This document shows positions 8,751 through 19,004 of a DNA stretch of 64,000 nucleotides, one piece after another. Origin of the DNA: Nitrospirales bacterium (GTDB lineage: Bacteria > Nitrospirota > Nitrospiria > Nitrospirales > UBA8639); assembly GCA_963422365.1 (NCBI GenBank), contig OY729426.1, positions 640,001 through 704,000 of the forward strand, read 5' to 3'. Below the pieces are notes generated by a model. The model worked only from the letters and a program-made list of their open reading frames with translations. It did no database searches and was not told where the DNA came from. Every line of letters starts with the position of its first letter. Position 1 is the first letter of the stretch. A program made the translations under genes and the position numbers.

Positions 8751-11561
8751 ATGGCGCAAACGACCATCGACAGGCTGATCATCAACTCGCCCTACGAAGA
8801 ACCGGCGCGGCACTGGAGTTATGACATCGAGAAGCGTGCTTTCTCTCTCGCGGAGGGTCGCCGGCAGGCCGGATACATCGTCGCGTCGGAAGGCTCCAGG
8901 ACCTTCGACGACCCCGGTAGATTCGTCGAAATCCCTTTGGTCAATCTGATTCGGCCGCGGGTGCGAGCATGGCGCGAAACGGGATATCCGGGCGTGACGG
9001 GAATCACCAAGCGACTGCTGGAGCAGTGGCGGGACCCGGAGGAGTTCGATAGCCGCCGGTTGTTCTTCTGTCAATTGGAGGCCGTCGAGACGCTGATCTG
9101 GCTTGCGGAAGCGCCAGCGGCCGATAAGGTCGGCGTGGAGATTCCTTCCGACGGCGGAACATTTGAACGCCTGTGCGCCAAGATGGCGACCGGCTCCGGC
9201 AAGACCGTCGTCATGGCCATGGTCATGGCCTGGCATATCCTGAACAAGGTCGCCTATCCACAAGATACCCGGTTTGCCAAGAACGCTCTGGTCATCGCCC
9301 CCGGCCTGACGGTCAGGAACCGTCTCGCTGTTCTGGCACCATCCCATCCTGAAAACTACTACGACGCCTTCCGCATCGTGCCGTCGTCCCTGCTCGACAA
9401 GCTCCGCCAAGGCAAGGTCGTGGTCCGCAACTGGCACGCGCTCAACTGGGAAACCGAGGAGAAGATCAAGGGGAAACGCAGCGTGGACAGGCGCGGCGCC
9501 AAGAGTGACGCGGCCTATGTCCTCGATGTCCTAGGCGAGATGGCCAGCGCCCGCAACCTCCTCGTCATCAACGACGAGGCGCACCACGCATGGCGCGTTC
9601 CCCCTGAGTCGAAGGTTCGGGGCGTTGCGAGGGGCGCGATCGAGGAGGCCACCAAGTGGGTGGGCGGCCTCGATCGGATCAACAAGGCACGCGGCATTCT
9701 CGCCTGTTACGACTTCTCCGCCACGCCGTTCGCTCCTTCGGGTAAACGGAGCTCGGAGGAGTCCCTGTTCGGCTGGATCGTGAGCGACTTCGGGCTGAAC
9801 GACGCCATCGAGTCCGGCTTGGTCAAGACCCCGCGCGTGGTCATTCGCGACGACGCGGTGCCGGACGCCAAAACCTATAAATCACGCCTCTACCACATCT
9901 ACAACGATGCGGAAGTCAAGAACGACCTGAACCGCCCGGCCGAAGCCACCGACCCCCTGCCGGACCTCGTGATCAACGGCTACCACCTGCTCGGCTACGA
10001 CTGGCGCGAGACGGCGAAGGACTGGAGCGAGAAGGGATTCCGAATCCCGCCGGTCATGATCACCGTTGCGAACCGCACGGAGACCGCGGCTCGGATCAAG
10101 TATGCGTTCGATCACAACAAGGTCCACATCAAGGAGCTTTGTGACTCGGAGCGCACCCTGCACATCGACTCCAAGGTACTGGGTCAAGCCGAAGCCGCCG
10201 AGGAACCGATCGCAGAAATCGGCGTCGGCGAAAGTGCGAAAGACGAGGACGACGGCCAAGATCACAACGTGACCAGGAAACAGCAAGCGGAGCGACTGCG
10301 CTTGCAGGTGGACACCGTGGGCCAGCCCGGAAAGAAGGGCGAGCAGATCCAGAAGGTGATTTCCGTCGGGATGCTGTCCGAGGGTTGGGACGCAAAGACC
10401 GTGACCCACATCATGGGCTTGCGAGCCTTCACCAGCCAGTTACTCTGCGAGCAGGTCGTCGGACGCGGCCTGCGCCGAACCTCCTACGAGGTCAACCCTG
10501 ACACCGGCTTGTTCGAAACGGAGTACGTCAACATTTTCGGCGTGCCTTTCACGTTCCTGCCGCATGAGTCTGCGGAAGGCGTCATCCCTGAACCGCCGAA
10601 GCCGAAGACGGCTATCGAGCCGGTAACGGACAAAGCGGCGTTTGAAATTTCGTGGCCGAACGTGATCCGCATAGACCACGTCTACCACCCGCACCTTTCC
10701 CTGGATTGGCAAACAGTGAAGCCCCTGGAGCTTGACGCCAGCCAGACGGCCAAGATCGCGGAGATTTCCCCCATCGTCGATGGCAGAACGGACGTGACGA
10801 AGATCGAGGCCATACACTTGGAGAATCTGGCGCGGGAGTTCCGCACGCAGCGGATCATCTTCGAGACCACGCGGGACGTGTACGATCAAATGCAGGAGAA
10901 CTGGCGTGGCGGCAGAGCATTCCTGCTGGCCCAACTGGTGCGGCTGGTCGAGCAGTTCATCCTGTCGGATCGCATCAACGTCAGTCCCGCACTGTTCGTT
11001 CGCGACGATCTCAAGCGCCGCCTCATCATCACGCTCAACATGACCAAGGTGGTCCAACACATCTGGGAAGCGATTCGCTTCGACAACACCGAGAAGCTGG
11101 AACCGGTGTTCGACCGGGACCATCCCATCCGCTCAACCGGCGACGTGGGGACGCGGTACACCGGCAAGCCCTCCGAGCACACCGTGAAAAGCCACATCAA
11201 TTTCTGTGTCTATGACAGCACGTGGGAGGCATCTGAAGCCTTCGAGCTTGATCGCAACCCCGCAGTGGCGGCCTGGGTCAAGAACGATCACCTCGGCTTT
11301 GAGGTGCTCTACCTCTATCGCGGCGTGGTGAGGAAGTACCGTCCCGACTTTCTCATCCGGCTCAGGTCGGGTGACATGTTGGTCTTGGAAACCAAGGGCC
11401 GCGACAGCGATCAGGATCGAACCAAACGCCGGTTCCTCGACGAATGGGTCAACGCCGTGAACGCGCGTGGCGGCTTCGGTCGCTGGACCTGGGACGTGTC
11501 CACGGCTCCTGGCGACATCCAGGATATCCTTGCGCGACATTCGTGCGAGACCGCCGCGTGA
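8751..11561 (+). CDS. Type III-like restriction helicase-endonuclease (Res, BPTD_3080-like)
   Basis: KMATGSGKT, INDEAHH, MLSEGWD, EQVVGRGLRR, and C-terminal YRPDF...LETKG (PD-(D/E)xK). Confidence 0.9.
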   Translation: MAQTTIDRLIINSPYEEPARHWSYDIEKRAFSLAEGRRQAGYIVASEGSRTFDDPGRFVEIPLVNLIRPRVRAWRETGYPGVTGITKRLLEQWRDPEEFDSRRLFFCQLEAVETLIWLAEAPAADKVGVEIPSDGGTFERLCAKMATGSGKTVVMAMVMAWHILNKVAYPQDTRFAKNALVIAPGLTVRNRLAVLAPSHPENYYDAFRIVPSSLLDKLRQGKVVVRNWHALNWETEEKIKGKRSVDRRGAKSDAAYVLDVLGEMASARNLLVINDEAHHAWRVPPESKVRGVARGAIEEATKWVGGLDRINKARGILACYDFSATPFAPSGKRSSEESLFGWIVSDFGLNDAIESGLVKTPRVVIRDDAVPDAKTYKSRLYHIYNDAEVKNDLNRPAEATDPLPDLVINGYHLLGYDWRETAKDWSEKGFRIPPVMITVANRTETAARIKYAFDHNKVHIKELCDSERTLHIDSKVLGQAEAAEEPIAEIGVGESAKDEDDGQDHNVTRKQQAERLRLQVDTVGQPGKKGEQIQKVISVGMLSEGWDAKTVTHIMGLRAFTSQLLCEQVVGRGLRRTSYEVNPDTGLFETEYVNIFGVPFTFLPHESAEGVIPEPPKPKTAIEPVTDKAAFEISWPNVIRIDHVYHPHLSLDWQTVKPLELDASQTAKIAEISPIVDGRTDVTKIEAIHLENLAREFRTQRIIFETTRDVYDQMQENWRGGRAFLLAQLVRLVEQFILSDRINVSPALFVRDDLKRRLIITLNMTKVVQHIWEAIRFDNTEKLEPVFDRDHPIRSTGDVGTRYTGKPSEHTVKSHINFCVYDSTWEASEAFELDRNPAVAAWVKNDHLGFEVLYLYRGVVRKYRPDFLIRLRSGDMLVLETKGRDSDQDRTKRRFLDEWVNAVNARGGFGRWTWDVSTAPGDIQDILARHSCETAA

Positions 11562-11624
11562 ACATCCAAGCGACTGGCGGAGCATTTGTCGCGGGCTGTG
11601 GCGCTGTTCGCCCTTCCCCGGTGA

Positions 11625-12908
11625 TTACAGCCGCCGAAACACATTGCGAGCAGCATTGATGGTCTGTTCAAGATCTGCCGCCGTGTGCGCGGTGGAGACG
11701 AAGGCGGCTTCGAATTGGGAGGGGGCGAAGTAGGACCCGCGCTTCAACATGTTGTGGAAGAATTTGGCATATCGAACCGTATCGGCTTGTTTCGCCGACT
11801 CATAGTCCACCACAGGGCCTGCCGTAAAGAATCCGCCCAAGAGGGAGCCGATTCGCGTTTGATAAAAAGGGATGTCGGCCAGCCGGGCGGCTTGTGCCAA
11901 GCCTTGGGCCAACTGGTTTCCTCGCCGTTCCAGTTTTTCATACACTCTGGAGCCCCTGAGTTTTTTCAAGGTTTCGATTCCAGCGGTCACGGCCAACGGA
12001 TTCCCGGACAGCGTGCCGGCTTGATAGACCGGGCCGGCCGGCGCTACAAGATCCATGATCTCGTTCGACCCGCCGTAGGCTCCGACCGGCAGCCCCCCAC
12101 CGATGATTTTCCCCAGGCACGTGAGATCGGGGTTGATGCCATACAGGGTTTGTGCGCCTCCATAGGCCACGCGAAATCCTGAAATCACTTCATCGAAGAT
12201 CAGCAGGATCCCATGTTTTCTGGTAAGGGTGTACAGTTGCTGAAGAAAGCCTGGTTGAGGCAACACGACGCCCATGTTGCCTGCGATGGGCTCGACGATG
12301 ATACAGGCCAGTTTCCGCCAATGTTTCCGTACCAGGCTCTTCACCGACTCGATATCATTATAGGGAGCGGTGAGCGTCTGACTCGCCGCGGCTTCGGGTA
12401 CGCCCGGGCTATCGGGAAGGCCTAGCGTCGCGGCACCGGACCCGGCTTTGACCAGCAGATGATCGGCATGGCCATGGTAGCACCCTTCGAATTTGAGGAT
12501 GGCCTCCCGTTTGGTAAAGCCCCGCGCCACCCGAACGGCACTCATCACGGCTTCCGTGCCGGAGCTCACAAGCCGAACCTTTTCAACGGATGGCAACGCC
12601 TCGCAAATCATTTGAGCCAACGTCAGTTCCTGTTGGGTCGGCGCGCCGTAACTGGTCCCTGCACCGGCAGCCCGCTGAATAGCCCGGACCACCGACGGAT
12701 GGGCATGTCCCACTATCATGGGCCCCCACGAGGCCACATAATCCAGATAGGTGTTGCCATCCACGTCGGTCACCGTGGCACCCTGTGCACGTTTGATAAA
12801 CAACGGATGCCCGCCGACCGATTGAAACGCACGGACCGGGCTGTTCACCCCTCCGGGAATATACCCCTGTGCGCGGGCAAATAATGTTTTCGACGTCGCG
12901 CTTTTCAC
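11625..12908 (-). CDS. hemL: Glutamate-1-semialdehyde 2,1-aminomutase
   Basis: PGGVNSPVRAF, SGTEA, FEGCYHGH, FDEVISGFR, GKIIGGGLPVG, YQAGTLSGNP. Confidence 0.97.
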   Translation of the reverse strand: MKSATSKTLFARAQGYIPGGVNSPVRAFQSVGGHPLFIKRAQGATVTDVDGNTYLDYVASWGPMIVGHAHPSVVRAIQRAAGAGTSYGAPTQQELTLAQMICEALPSVEKVRLVSSGTEAVMSAVRVARGFTKREAILKFEGCYHGHADHLLVKAGSGAATLGLPDSPGVPEAAASQTLTAPYNDIESVKSLVRKHWRKLACIIVEPIAGNMGVVLPQPGFLQQLYTLTRKHGILLIFDEVISGFRVAYGGAQTLYGINPDLTCLGKIIGGGLPVGAYGGSNEIMDLVAPAGPVYQAGTLSGNPLAVTAGIETLKKLRGSRVYEKLERRGNQLAQGLAQAARLADIPFYQTRIGSLLGGFFTAGPVVDYESAKQADTVRYAKFFHNMLKRGSYFAPSQFEAAFVSTAHTAADLEQTINAARNVFRRL

Positions 12909-12944
12909 TTCGCGTCACCTCCCATGGAATCGCTTCATACCACC

Positions 12945-13253
12945 CTAATCAGGATCGCTGAAGCGCTGTCCTTCCTCACCCGACCAGCGCACGATGCCGA
13001 TCTCTTCTGATTCCCACAAGGCTTGTTGTTCTCGTACAGCCAAGTCGGCCTCTTTCTGTTTGTCTTCCAAGCTAAGTTTTGCCTCCTGTTCACCATCAGA
13101 GGCCCATCCTGGCGGTTTCTGACCTTTGGGGATATCTTTCCGAAGCATATTGACTGGCATCTGATCCTTCCTTTCCATCAACCATGTTTTTGGCCACCCT
13201 GTTTTGGGCTCCCACGCCTCTGGCCAAGCCATAGGCCTAGCCTCGGAGACCAC
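12945..13253 (-). CDS. Hypothetical protein (start may be ATG 13178)
   Basis: Fills the gap between the TrmH-family gene and hemL on the same strand. Confidence 0.45.
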   Translation of the reverse strand: MVSEARPMAWPEAWEPKTGWPKTWLMERKDQMPVNMLRKDIPKGQKPPGWASDGEQEAKLSLEDKQKEADLAVREQQALWESEEIGIVRWSGEEGQRFSDPD

Positions 13254-14022
13254 GGTTTGTCAAGGGGTACTGAACGCGATAGGCATAGAGCGCCATACCC
13301 ACAGCAACGACGGCATTGAGGGATTCGACCGATTCCGTCATGGGGATGGCGAGCCGTTTGCCGGAAGAGATGAGTGGCAGACCAAGCCCTTCTTCTCCAA
13401 CTAATATTCGAACATCTTCCGGCCATTGAAACGTGGACACACTCTCCCCCTGCACATCAAGGGTCACCCATGTGGCAGGTTCCAGCAGATCCCTGATCGA
13501 AGGTCCCTGAACCAAGGGCACTTCAAACATCGTTCCGCTGGCTGCCCTGATAGCCTTGGGATGATAGGGATGGGCCGATTCTTTGAGCAGCACGACTTGC
13601 TTGACCCCCATAGCCCCGGCAGTCCGAATCAAGGCACCCACATTTGCCGGATCTCCGAAAGGGCACAGTACTTCAAGGCCCCGTGGTGAAGCCTTGAGGT
13701 CTGAAGAAGGAAAGGGCGGAGCCTGACAGATTAAGATCGGAGCCCCTGTGCCAAAAAGATCGATCTTCTCGAAGAGCGGTGTGGCAAGTGCATAGGTTTT
13801 GACCTGGGCCGGAACAGGGAAAAGCACGGGTGTCTTGGCGGGGCGAAGGAGTTCGAGACAATGCATAGGGTGCTGCAACAGGGTTTCCCGAACGACTTTT
13901 TTCCCTAAGACAAGACATTGCTGAAATCGTTCAATCCCGTGAGAATCCTGTAACGAAACCCATCGCTTCACATGGGCATTCTGCGAACTGCTGATGGATC
14001 GAGTCGTTGAAGGTGACGACAT
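13237..14022 (-). CDS. TrmH/SpoU family RNA methyltransferase
   Basis: DPANVGALIRTA, GEEGLGL, IPMTESVESLNAVVA SPOUT motifs; start uncertain (ORF extends to 14103). Confidence 0.9.
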   Translation of the reverse strand: MSSPSTTRSISSSQNAHVKRWVSLQDSHGIERFQQCLVLGKKVVRETLLQHPMHCLELLRPAKTPVLFPVPAQVKTYALATPLFEKIDLFGTGAPILICQAPPFPSSDLKASPRGLEVLCPFGDPANVGALIRTAGAMGVKQVVLLKESAHPYHPKAIRAASGTMFEVPLVQGPSIRDLLEPATWVTLDVQGESVSTFQWPEDVRILVGEEGLGLPLISSGKRLAIPMTESVESLNAVVAVGMALYAYRVQYPLTNRGLRG

Positions 14023-14321
14023 GACTGGAAGGTCACGTGTGGCTGCCGATGCCCGGGCAACAGTTCGTCCCGGCCTACCCCGTGAAGGTGCCATTATGGG
14101 CAAACAACGTGCCGGAACCCGCTGAGCGACCAGCCCGAATATGAATATCCGGATGAAACGTCATAGACGCGCGTTGATTGATGGCGCGGCAGCAACAGAC
14201 AAAAACGTAACAGAGTTTTTCTTGAAGCGGCATGTCGTGCGACCGAGAACGTTCTTATTGGAGCGGTGTCACAAGAGAAGACGTGACTCTTCTTGTTGCT
14301 CAGCCACTCTCTCCTTCGTCA

Positions 14322-15446
14322 TCACAATGCAAAGAATTTTTTCCTTTTCCCTTGGAGTCTCACGTCGTCGGTTTGTATCACGACTTCCCAGTCCTCAGAA
14401 TCCCGTTCGGTCACATGCCCAATCCGCTTGGCCTTTTTGCCAAACCTCTTGGCCAGCTCAAGCGTCTTGTCCGCGTGACGTTCCGGGACCACCAGACAGA
14501 AACCGATTCCCATATTAAATACCTCGAACATTTCCGTATCGGCAATTCCGCCAAGTTGTTGAATGATGGAGAAGATCGGAAGAGGCGAGGGGAAGTCATC
14601 GATCACAAACGTGAACAGGGAGTGGCAGTCGACCCGGCTCAGATTCATGAACCCGTCGCCTGTAATGTGCACCAGCGCCTTGACCTCAATGTCGTGTTGC
14701 TCGTTGAGGAGAGGCAGGATTTCCTGTGTGTAGATATGTGTTGGTTCGAGTAATTCTTCACCCAAGGACCGATCGAGTTCGGGAAATTGTTTTTCATACA
14801 AGGCTCCGTCCTGTCCAATCGCTTTTCGTGCCAAGGTGAGGCCGTTACTGTGAACCCCATTACTTTCAATGCCAATAATGACGTCGCCTTTTTGGACATG
14901 TTCCCCAATGATGATCTTGTCCAAATCCACAATGCCGATGGCCGATCCCGCCAAATCGAATCCTTTTCCCTCTTTGTCCACTTCACTCTTAATGACATCC
15001 TTGACTTGCGCGATTTCCCCGCCGGGGATGGATATGCCGGCACGAAGGGCACCTTCCGTCAACCCCTTTGCCAGTTCCTGTAAACAGCCCGGATCAAGAG
15101 CCTGCACCGCAATATAATCCACCATGGTCAGAGGGGTCGCCCCGACGCAGAGCAGATCGTTGACGTTCATGGCGATACAATCAATGCCGATGGTGTCGTA
15201 TTTCCCCATTCGTTGGGCAATCAAGACCTTGGAACCCACGCCATCCGTGGTTATGGCGATGCCCGTATTGTTGCCGATTTCAATCACGTTGGCGAACAAC
15301 CCAAAATTCAGAAGAACGCTGCCGATGTGTCCGTTGGATCGTGTCCACGTTTGCCGGAACTGCTTCGTAATCTCGGCAAGGGATTGGACGGCTCGTTCAG
15401 GATCGACCCCGGACCCCTGATAGGTAATGGCAGGTGAATCGATCAT
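14322..15446 (-). CDS. purM: Phosphoribosylformylglycinamidine cyclo-ligase (AIR synthetase)
   Basis: TDGVGSK, GIDCIAMNVND, SNGVHSNG, LLEPTHIY, HITGDG, VFNMGIG. Confidence 0.92.
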   Translation of the reverse strand: MIDSPAITYQGSGVDPERAVQSLAEITKQFRQTWTRSNGHIGSVLLNFGLFANVIEIGNNTGIAITTDGVGSKVLIAQRMGKYDTIGIDCIAMNVNDLLCVGATPLTMVDYIAVQALDPGCLQELAKGLTEGALRAGISIPGGEIAQVKDVIKSEVDKEGKGFDLAGSAIGIVDLDKIIIGEHVQKGDVIIGIESNGVHSNGLTLARKAIGQDGALYEKQFPELDRSLGEELLEPTHIYTQEILPLLNEQHDIEVKALVHITGDGFMNLSRVDCHSLFTFVIDDFPSPLPIFSIIQQLGGIADTEMFEVFNMGIGFCLVVPERHADKTLELAKRFGKKAKRIGHVTERDSEDWEVVIQTDDVRLQGKRKKFFAL

Positions 15447-15582
15447 TAGAGGGGAACTCGAAAAGATGTATTTTTACCTGACGGATGCTCTTGAGATCAA
15501 GCCTGCCGCATCTTGTGCGGCCAACAAAGAGATGCCTAATCTACAGCGTCATACGCTGTCCGGAAAACACGCACCATAAAGA

Positions 15583-15612
15583 TGCCTGTCTGCCCTATCT
15601 GTCAGACAGGCA
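15583..15612. repeat. Palindromic repeat TGCCTGTCTG-N10-CAGACAGGCA
   Basis: Perfect 10-bp inverted repeat, intergenic. Confidence 0.6.
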
Positions 15613-15973
15613 GGGCGCGAAAAGGGCACTGCCTCATTCACACTGAGCAAGATTATGATGAAACTGCTGCCTAGGCAGCCGATTGAAGCTGCTATAACAC
15701 AAATATGACCACGTCTGGTATCTCATGGCAATTCGACTTTTTTGCTCGGTACTGCCACTCATCATTGGGTTTCCAGTCGAGTCATTCTGCGAGATTTCGC
15801 AGCCAGCCAACTCAGTTTTGCACCGCAAGCATCGAATAGCTAACATTTGAAACCATGACTGAGAATGGATTAGATTGAATATCCTTTAATGTGACGGCTT
15901 TGGTTCCAGGGAAGTCCTCTGTGTTCACACTTCGCTAAAAGATGATCCCCTCTTATTGGTAAGGGACGGAACC

Positions 15974-16882
15974 ATGCAAAGCGATTATCTCGCACTGAAA
16001 GACCACTATAATTTTTCCAAAGATGAGGAAGCTCTTCTTCTGCAAATGAAACCCTACCTGGAATCGCTTGCAAATGAGTTCATTGAGGGGTTTTACCCAT
16101 TTATCTGGAATTTTGGAAAAACAGCAGACTTCCTGAAGGACGAAAGTATTATCACTCGGCACCGAGGAAAGCTGCTCGAATGGTACTCGGATCTATTCAG
16201 CGGAACGTACGATATTGCCTATTTCTCGAAGCTCTATAAAATTGGTGAAATCCACGTCAAACTAGGACTTCCCACTCATTATGTGAATGCGGCGTTTAAT
16301 TTTGTTCGTGTTTTTACGTTAGATCACCTCCGGAAACAATATCGGTGGGAAGACGATCTCACCGCGAGACTTCAGGCTGTAGAAAAAATTCTCGATATCA
16401 ACTTGGATGTATTAACAAGCTCTTATAGGGAAGAAGAGCTGAGCCGATTTTTATCTCTCTCGAGTGCTGAAAAAACATTACTGGGTTTTCTTAAAAAAAC
16501 CAGCGCCTACTTTAACTATTTGCTGGCCGGTGCACTCGTGATGGTGGCATGTTTTGCTATCGGGTTATTCGGATATGATGTCTATCTCCTGTTCTCTAGC
16601 CAGACTCCCATAGAGCAAGGCATTTTAACGATACTTGGCAGTCTATTACTCCTATGGGCTGCCATCGAGCTCATTCATGAAGAAACGAAAAACCTTCAAG
16701 GTGGCAGTTTTGCCTTAGAAGCCTTTATCGCACTCGCCATCGCTGCACTCATTCGAAAAATACTGATTTTTTCTCTTTCCCCAAACAAAGCGATGGATGT
16801 GTTGTTATATGGTGTTTTGGTGCTTTGCCTGGGTCTTTCCTTTTGGTTGATTGTGCAAAAAATTAATCCGACGAAAAATTAG
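15974..16882 (+). CDS. Protoglobin/globin-sensor domain fused to a PsiE-like membrane domain
   Basis: WYSDLFSGTYDIAYFSKLYKIGEIHVKLGLP (proximal His), KILDINLD; C-terminal TM helices with IALAIAALIRKIL. Confidence 0.8.
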   Translation: MQSDYLALKDHYNFSKDEEALLLQMKPYLESLANEFIEGFYPFIWNFGKTADFLKDESIITRHRGKLLEWYSDLFSGTYDIAYFSKLYKIGEIHVKLGLPTHYVNAAFNFVRVFTLDHLRKQYRWEDDLTARLQAVEKILDINLDVLTSSYREEELSRFLSLSSAEKTLLGFLKKTSAYFNYLLAGALVMVACFAIGLFGYDVYLLFSSQTPIEQGILTILGSLLLLWAAIELIHEETKNLQGGSFALEAFIALAIAALIRKILIFSLSPNKAMDVLLYGVLVLCLGLSFWLIVQKINPTKN

Positions 16883-17079
16883 GGGGCAAAGTGGGTACGA
16901 CGCGCCTCATAAACTGCTTCGGGTCACTGCAAGACGTGAAGAAGCGAGGAAGTATCATTGAATCTGAGTAACGAAACCGAAGAGGGAACCCCTAAGAGAA
17001 CAAATCCTCTCAACATCGATGCAGCATCCCGGGGCAAGGCCAGGACCTACCTTATGCGGCAGGGAAGACGGCGGCATAG

Positions 17080-17102
17080 CTGCCTGTCTGCCCGACAGGC
17101 AG
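17080..17102. repeat. Palindromic repeat CTGCCTGTC-N5-GACAGGCAG just past the tRNA-Gln 3' end
   Basis: Perfect 9-bp stem; same family as 15583-15612. Confidence 0.6.
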
Positions 17103-17118
17103 GGCGGGCCCCAGAGAA

Positions 17119-17192
17119 TGGCTGGGGGACCAGGAATCGAACCTGGGTTCACAGATCCAAAATCTGTTGTCTTGCCCCTAGACGATCCCCCA
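17119..17192 (-). tRNA. tRNA-Gln (TTG)
   Basis: TGGGGGA acceptor pairs with TCCCCCA-G-CCA; anticodon arm ACAGA-TTTTGGA-TCTGT; GGTTCGATTCC T-loop. Confidence 0.95.
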
Positions 17193-17258
17193 AACCAGGA
17201 AATCACCTTACCGAGCCTGTCCTCATTCAGTCAAGACCTTTGACGGGTCGTTGGGCCG

Positions 17259-17918
17259 CTAAAACACGCGACCGGACACGAGCCAATGCCGATCGTCCGG
17301 CACGTCAATCAGCAGGCGACTAAAATTCATTTCCGCCAAGTGGGCCGCGACTTCGTCTTCGGTGAAGGCGCTCAATAAAGAATGATAAAAATCGTGTCGC
17401 AGTTGTTCGGGCTCATCAGCCGCGTATTGATTGACCAAGGCCTGAGCCTCCTCCGGTGTGTCGGGTCGCAACAAATCCATGACGAGCACCGGAGCTCCCG
17501 GCTTGGCGCAGGTTTTCACCGCATACCAAAACTGAAAAGCGTTGGGCACATGATGCACCAGGCTATTGGAGATCACGGCATCCACCGTCCGGTCCAACCT
17601 GAGATCTTGGAATCGCTGACAGATGAGCCGGATTCGTCCTTGCAGTCCTGCCTGTTGCCTGGCTTCTTCAGCCCACTGAATCATTGGGCTGGAGGCATCC
17701 ACCCCAGTGACGTGCAGGGTTGGACGACTGCGGAGCAGCCGGATCGGAATATCTGCCGGACCACATCCCAAATCCAATACGGTGCCCTCCTCGACTTCGG
17801 GGTACAAGTTTAAAAATTGATCGACAAACCTCTGATTTTCTTCCGCGAAATCGGCATTCGCATACACCCTGACCTGCTCTTCACCATCCATGATTTCCGG
17901 TTCAAGAATCCGGTCCAC
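17259..17918 (-). CDS. Class I SAM-dependent methyltransferase
   Basis: VLDLGCGPAD motif I, GVDASSPM, ISNSLVHH. Confidence 0.88.
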   Translation of the reverse strand: MDRILEPEIMDGEEQVRVYANADFAEENQRFVDQFLNLYPEVEEGTVLDLGCGPADIPIRLLRSRPTLHVTGVDASSPMIQWAEEARQQAGLQGRIRLICQRFQDLRLDRTVDAVISNSLVHHVPNAFQFWYAVKTCAKPGAPVLVMDLLRPDTPEEAQALVNQYAADEPEQLRHDFYHSLLSAFTEDEVAAHLAEMNFSRLLIDVPDDRHWLVSGRVF

Positions 17919-18085
17919 GTCTCCGTTTCCTTTCCACGGCCCTCTGTATCTGCCGACACTCGCCGCGTCATCGTACCTGCCCCTTTAGTGGGATTCAAGG
18001 TGGGTGGTGTCGAGGACAAATTCCTCTTGCACCATTTTCAGGTTCTGGATAAGGTCTGAGAAAGGATACAGTTTAAGGAACCCGT

Positions 18086-18919
18086 ATGGCCACGTATGCA
18101 ATCGGCGATATTCAGGGGTGCCTGCTCCCCCTCCAAAAACTGTTGGATCTCATTCGATTCGATCCGTCCTCGGATCGGCTGTGGTTTGTCGGCGATTTAG
18201 TCAACCGCGGCCCCCAGTCATTGGAAGTGTTGCGCTTCATTAAAAGTCTCGAAGATCGTTGTGTGGTCGTACTCGGCAACCATGATTTGCATGTCTTGGC
18301 CGTCCATTGCGGAGTCGCACAACTCCGTAAACAGGATACGATTCAATCGGTCCTGCAGGCGCCTGATGCAGAGGAATTGATGGACTGGCTCCGCCATCAA
18401 TCCATGCTCTATCGCGAAGGTGAATATCTGCTGGTCCACGCCGGCATCCTTCCCCAATGGTCTGTTGAACAGGCCTTGGAATTGGCCGGAGAAGTGGAAG
18501 ACGCTCTCAGATCTGAACAGTATCAAACGCGCTTACCGTTCATCTACCGAAGTCAGGAGACCCGTTGGCGCAACACCATGCCGTCCCCGGCTCGCCTCGG
18601 CCTTATCACAAATGTCTTGACCAGAATGCGGATGTGCTCACAAGACGACCTCATCGACCTTTCGTTTAAAGGCCCGCCGGAGCAGGCCGCCGCTGGCCTT
18701 TCCCCATGGTTTCATTTCCCCCCCCACATCCAACGAACCGAAACGGTGATTTGTGGGCATTGGTCGGCCTTAGGGGTGTGCATAAGCGAACGGATTCTTG
18801 CGTTGGACGGCGGATGTGTCTGGGGAAACAAGTTAGCCTGTCTTCGACTGGAAGACAGGAAACTGTATACGGTTTCTTGCAAAGCCTCACTCCGGATTCA
18901 TAGGAAAAATTTTCAATGA
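18086..18919 (+). CDS. apaH: Symmetrical bis(5'-nucleosyl)-tetraphosphatase
   Basis: YAIGDIQGC, VGDLVNRGPQSL, LGNHDLH, VHAGI, GHWSALG, LDGGCVWG. Confidence 0.95.
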   Translation: MATYAIGDIQGCLLPLQKLLDLIRFDPSSDRLWFVGDLVNRGPQSLEVLRFIKSLEDRCVVVLGNHDLHVLAVHCGVAQLRKQDTIQSVLQAPDAEELMDWLRHQSMLYREGEYLLVHAGILPQWSVEQALELAGEVEDALRSEQYQTRLPFIYRSQETRWRNTMPSPARLGLITNVLTRMRMCSQDDLIDLSFKGPPEQAAAGLSPWFHFPPHIQRTETVICGHWSALGVCISERILALDGGCVWGNKLACLRLEDRKLYTVSCKASLRIHRKNFQ

Positions 18920-19004
18920 GTCACGAGCCCCACGGTGGAGGAGCAAGACAGCCGGTTCCCTCTGACGTGCTCGTGATGGTTCCTCGGTCTTCTTCGCACG
19001 CGAG

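Noticed and set aside
14104..15950. Short ORFs flanking purM (14141-14518, 15634-15846)
   Set aside because: No recognisable motifs or RBS, and one overlaps purM antisense; left unannotated.
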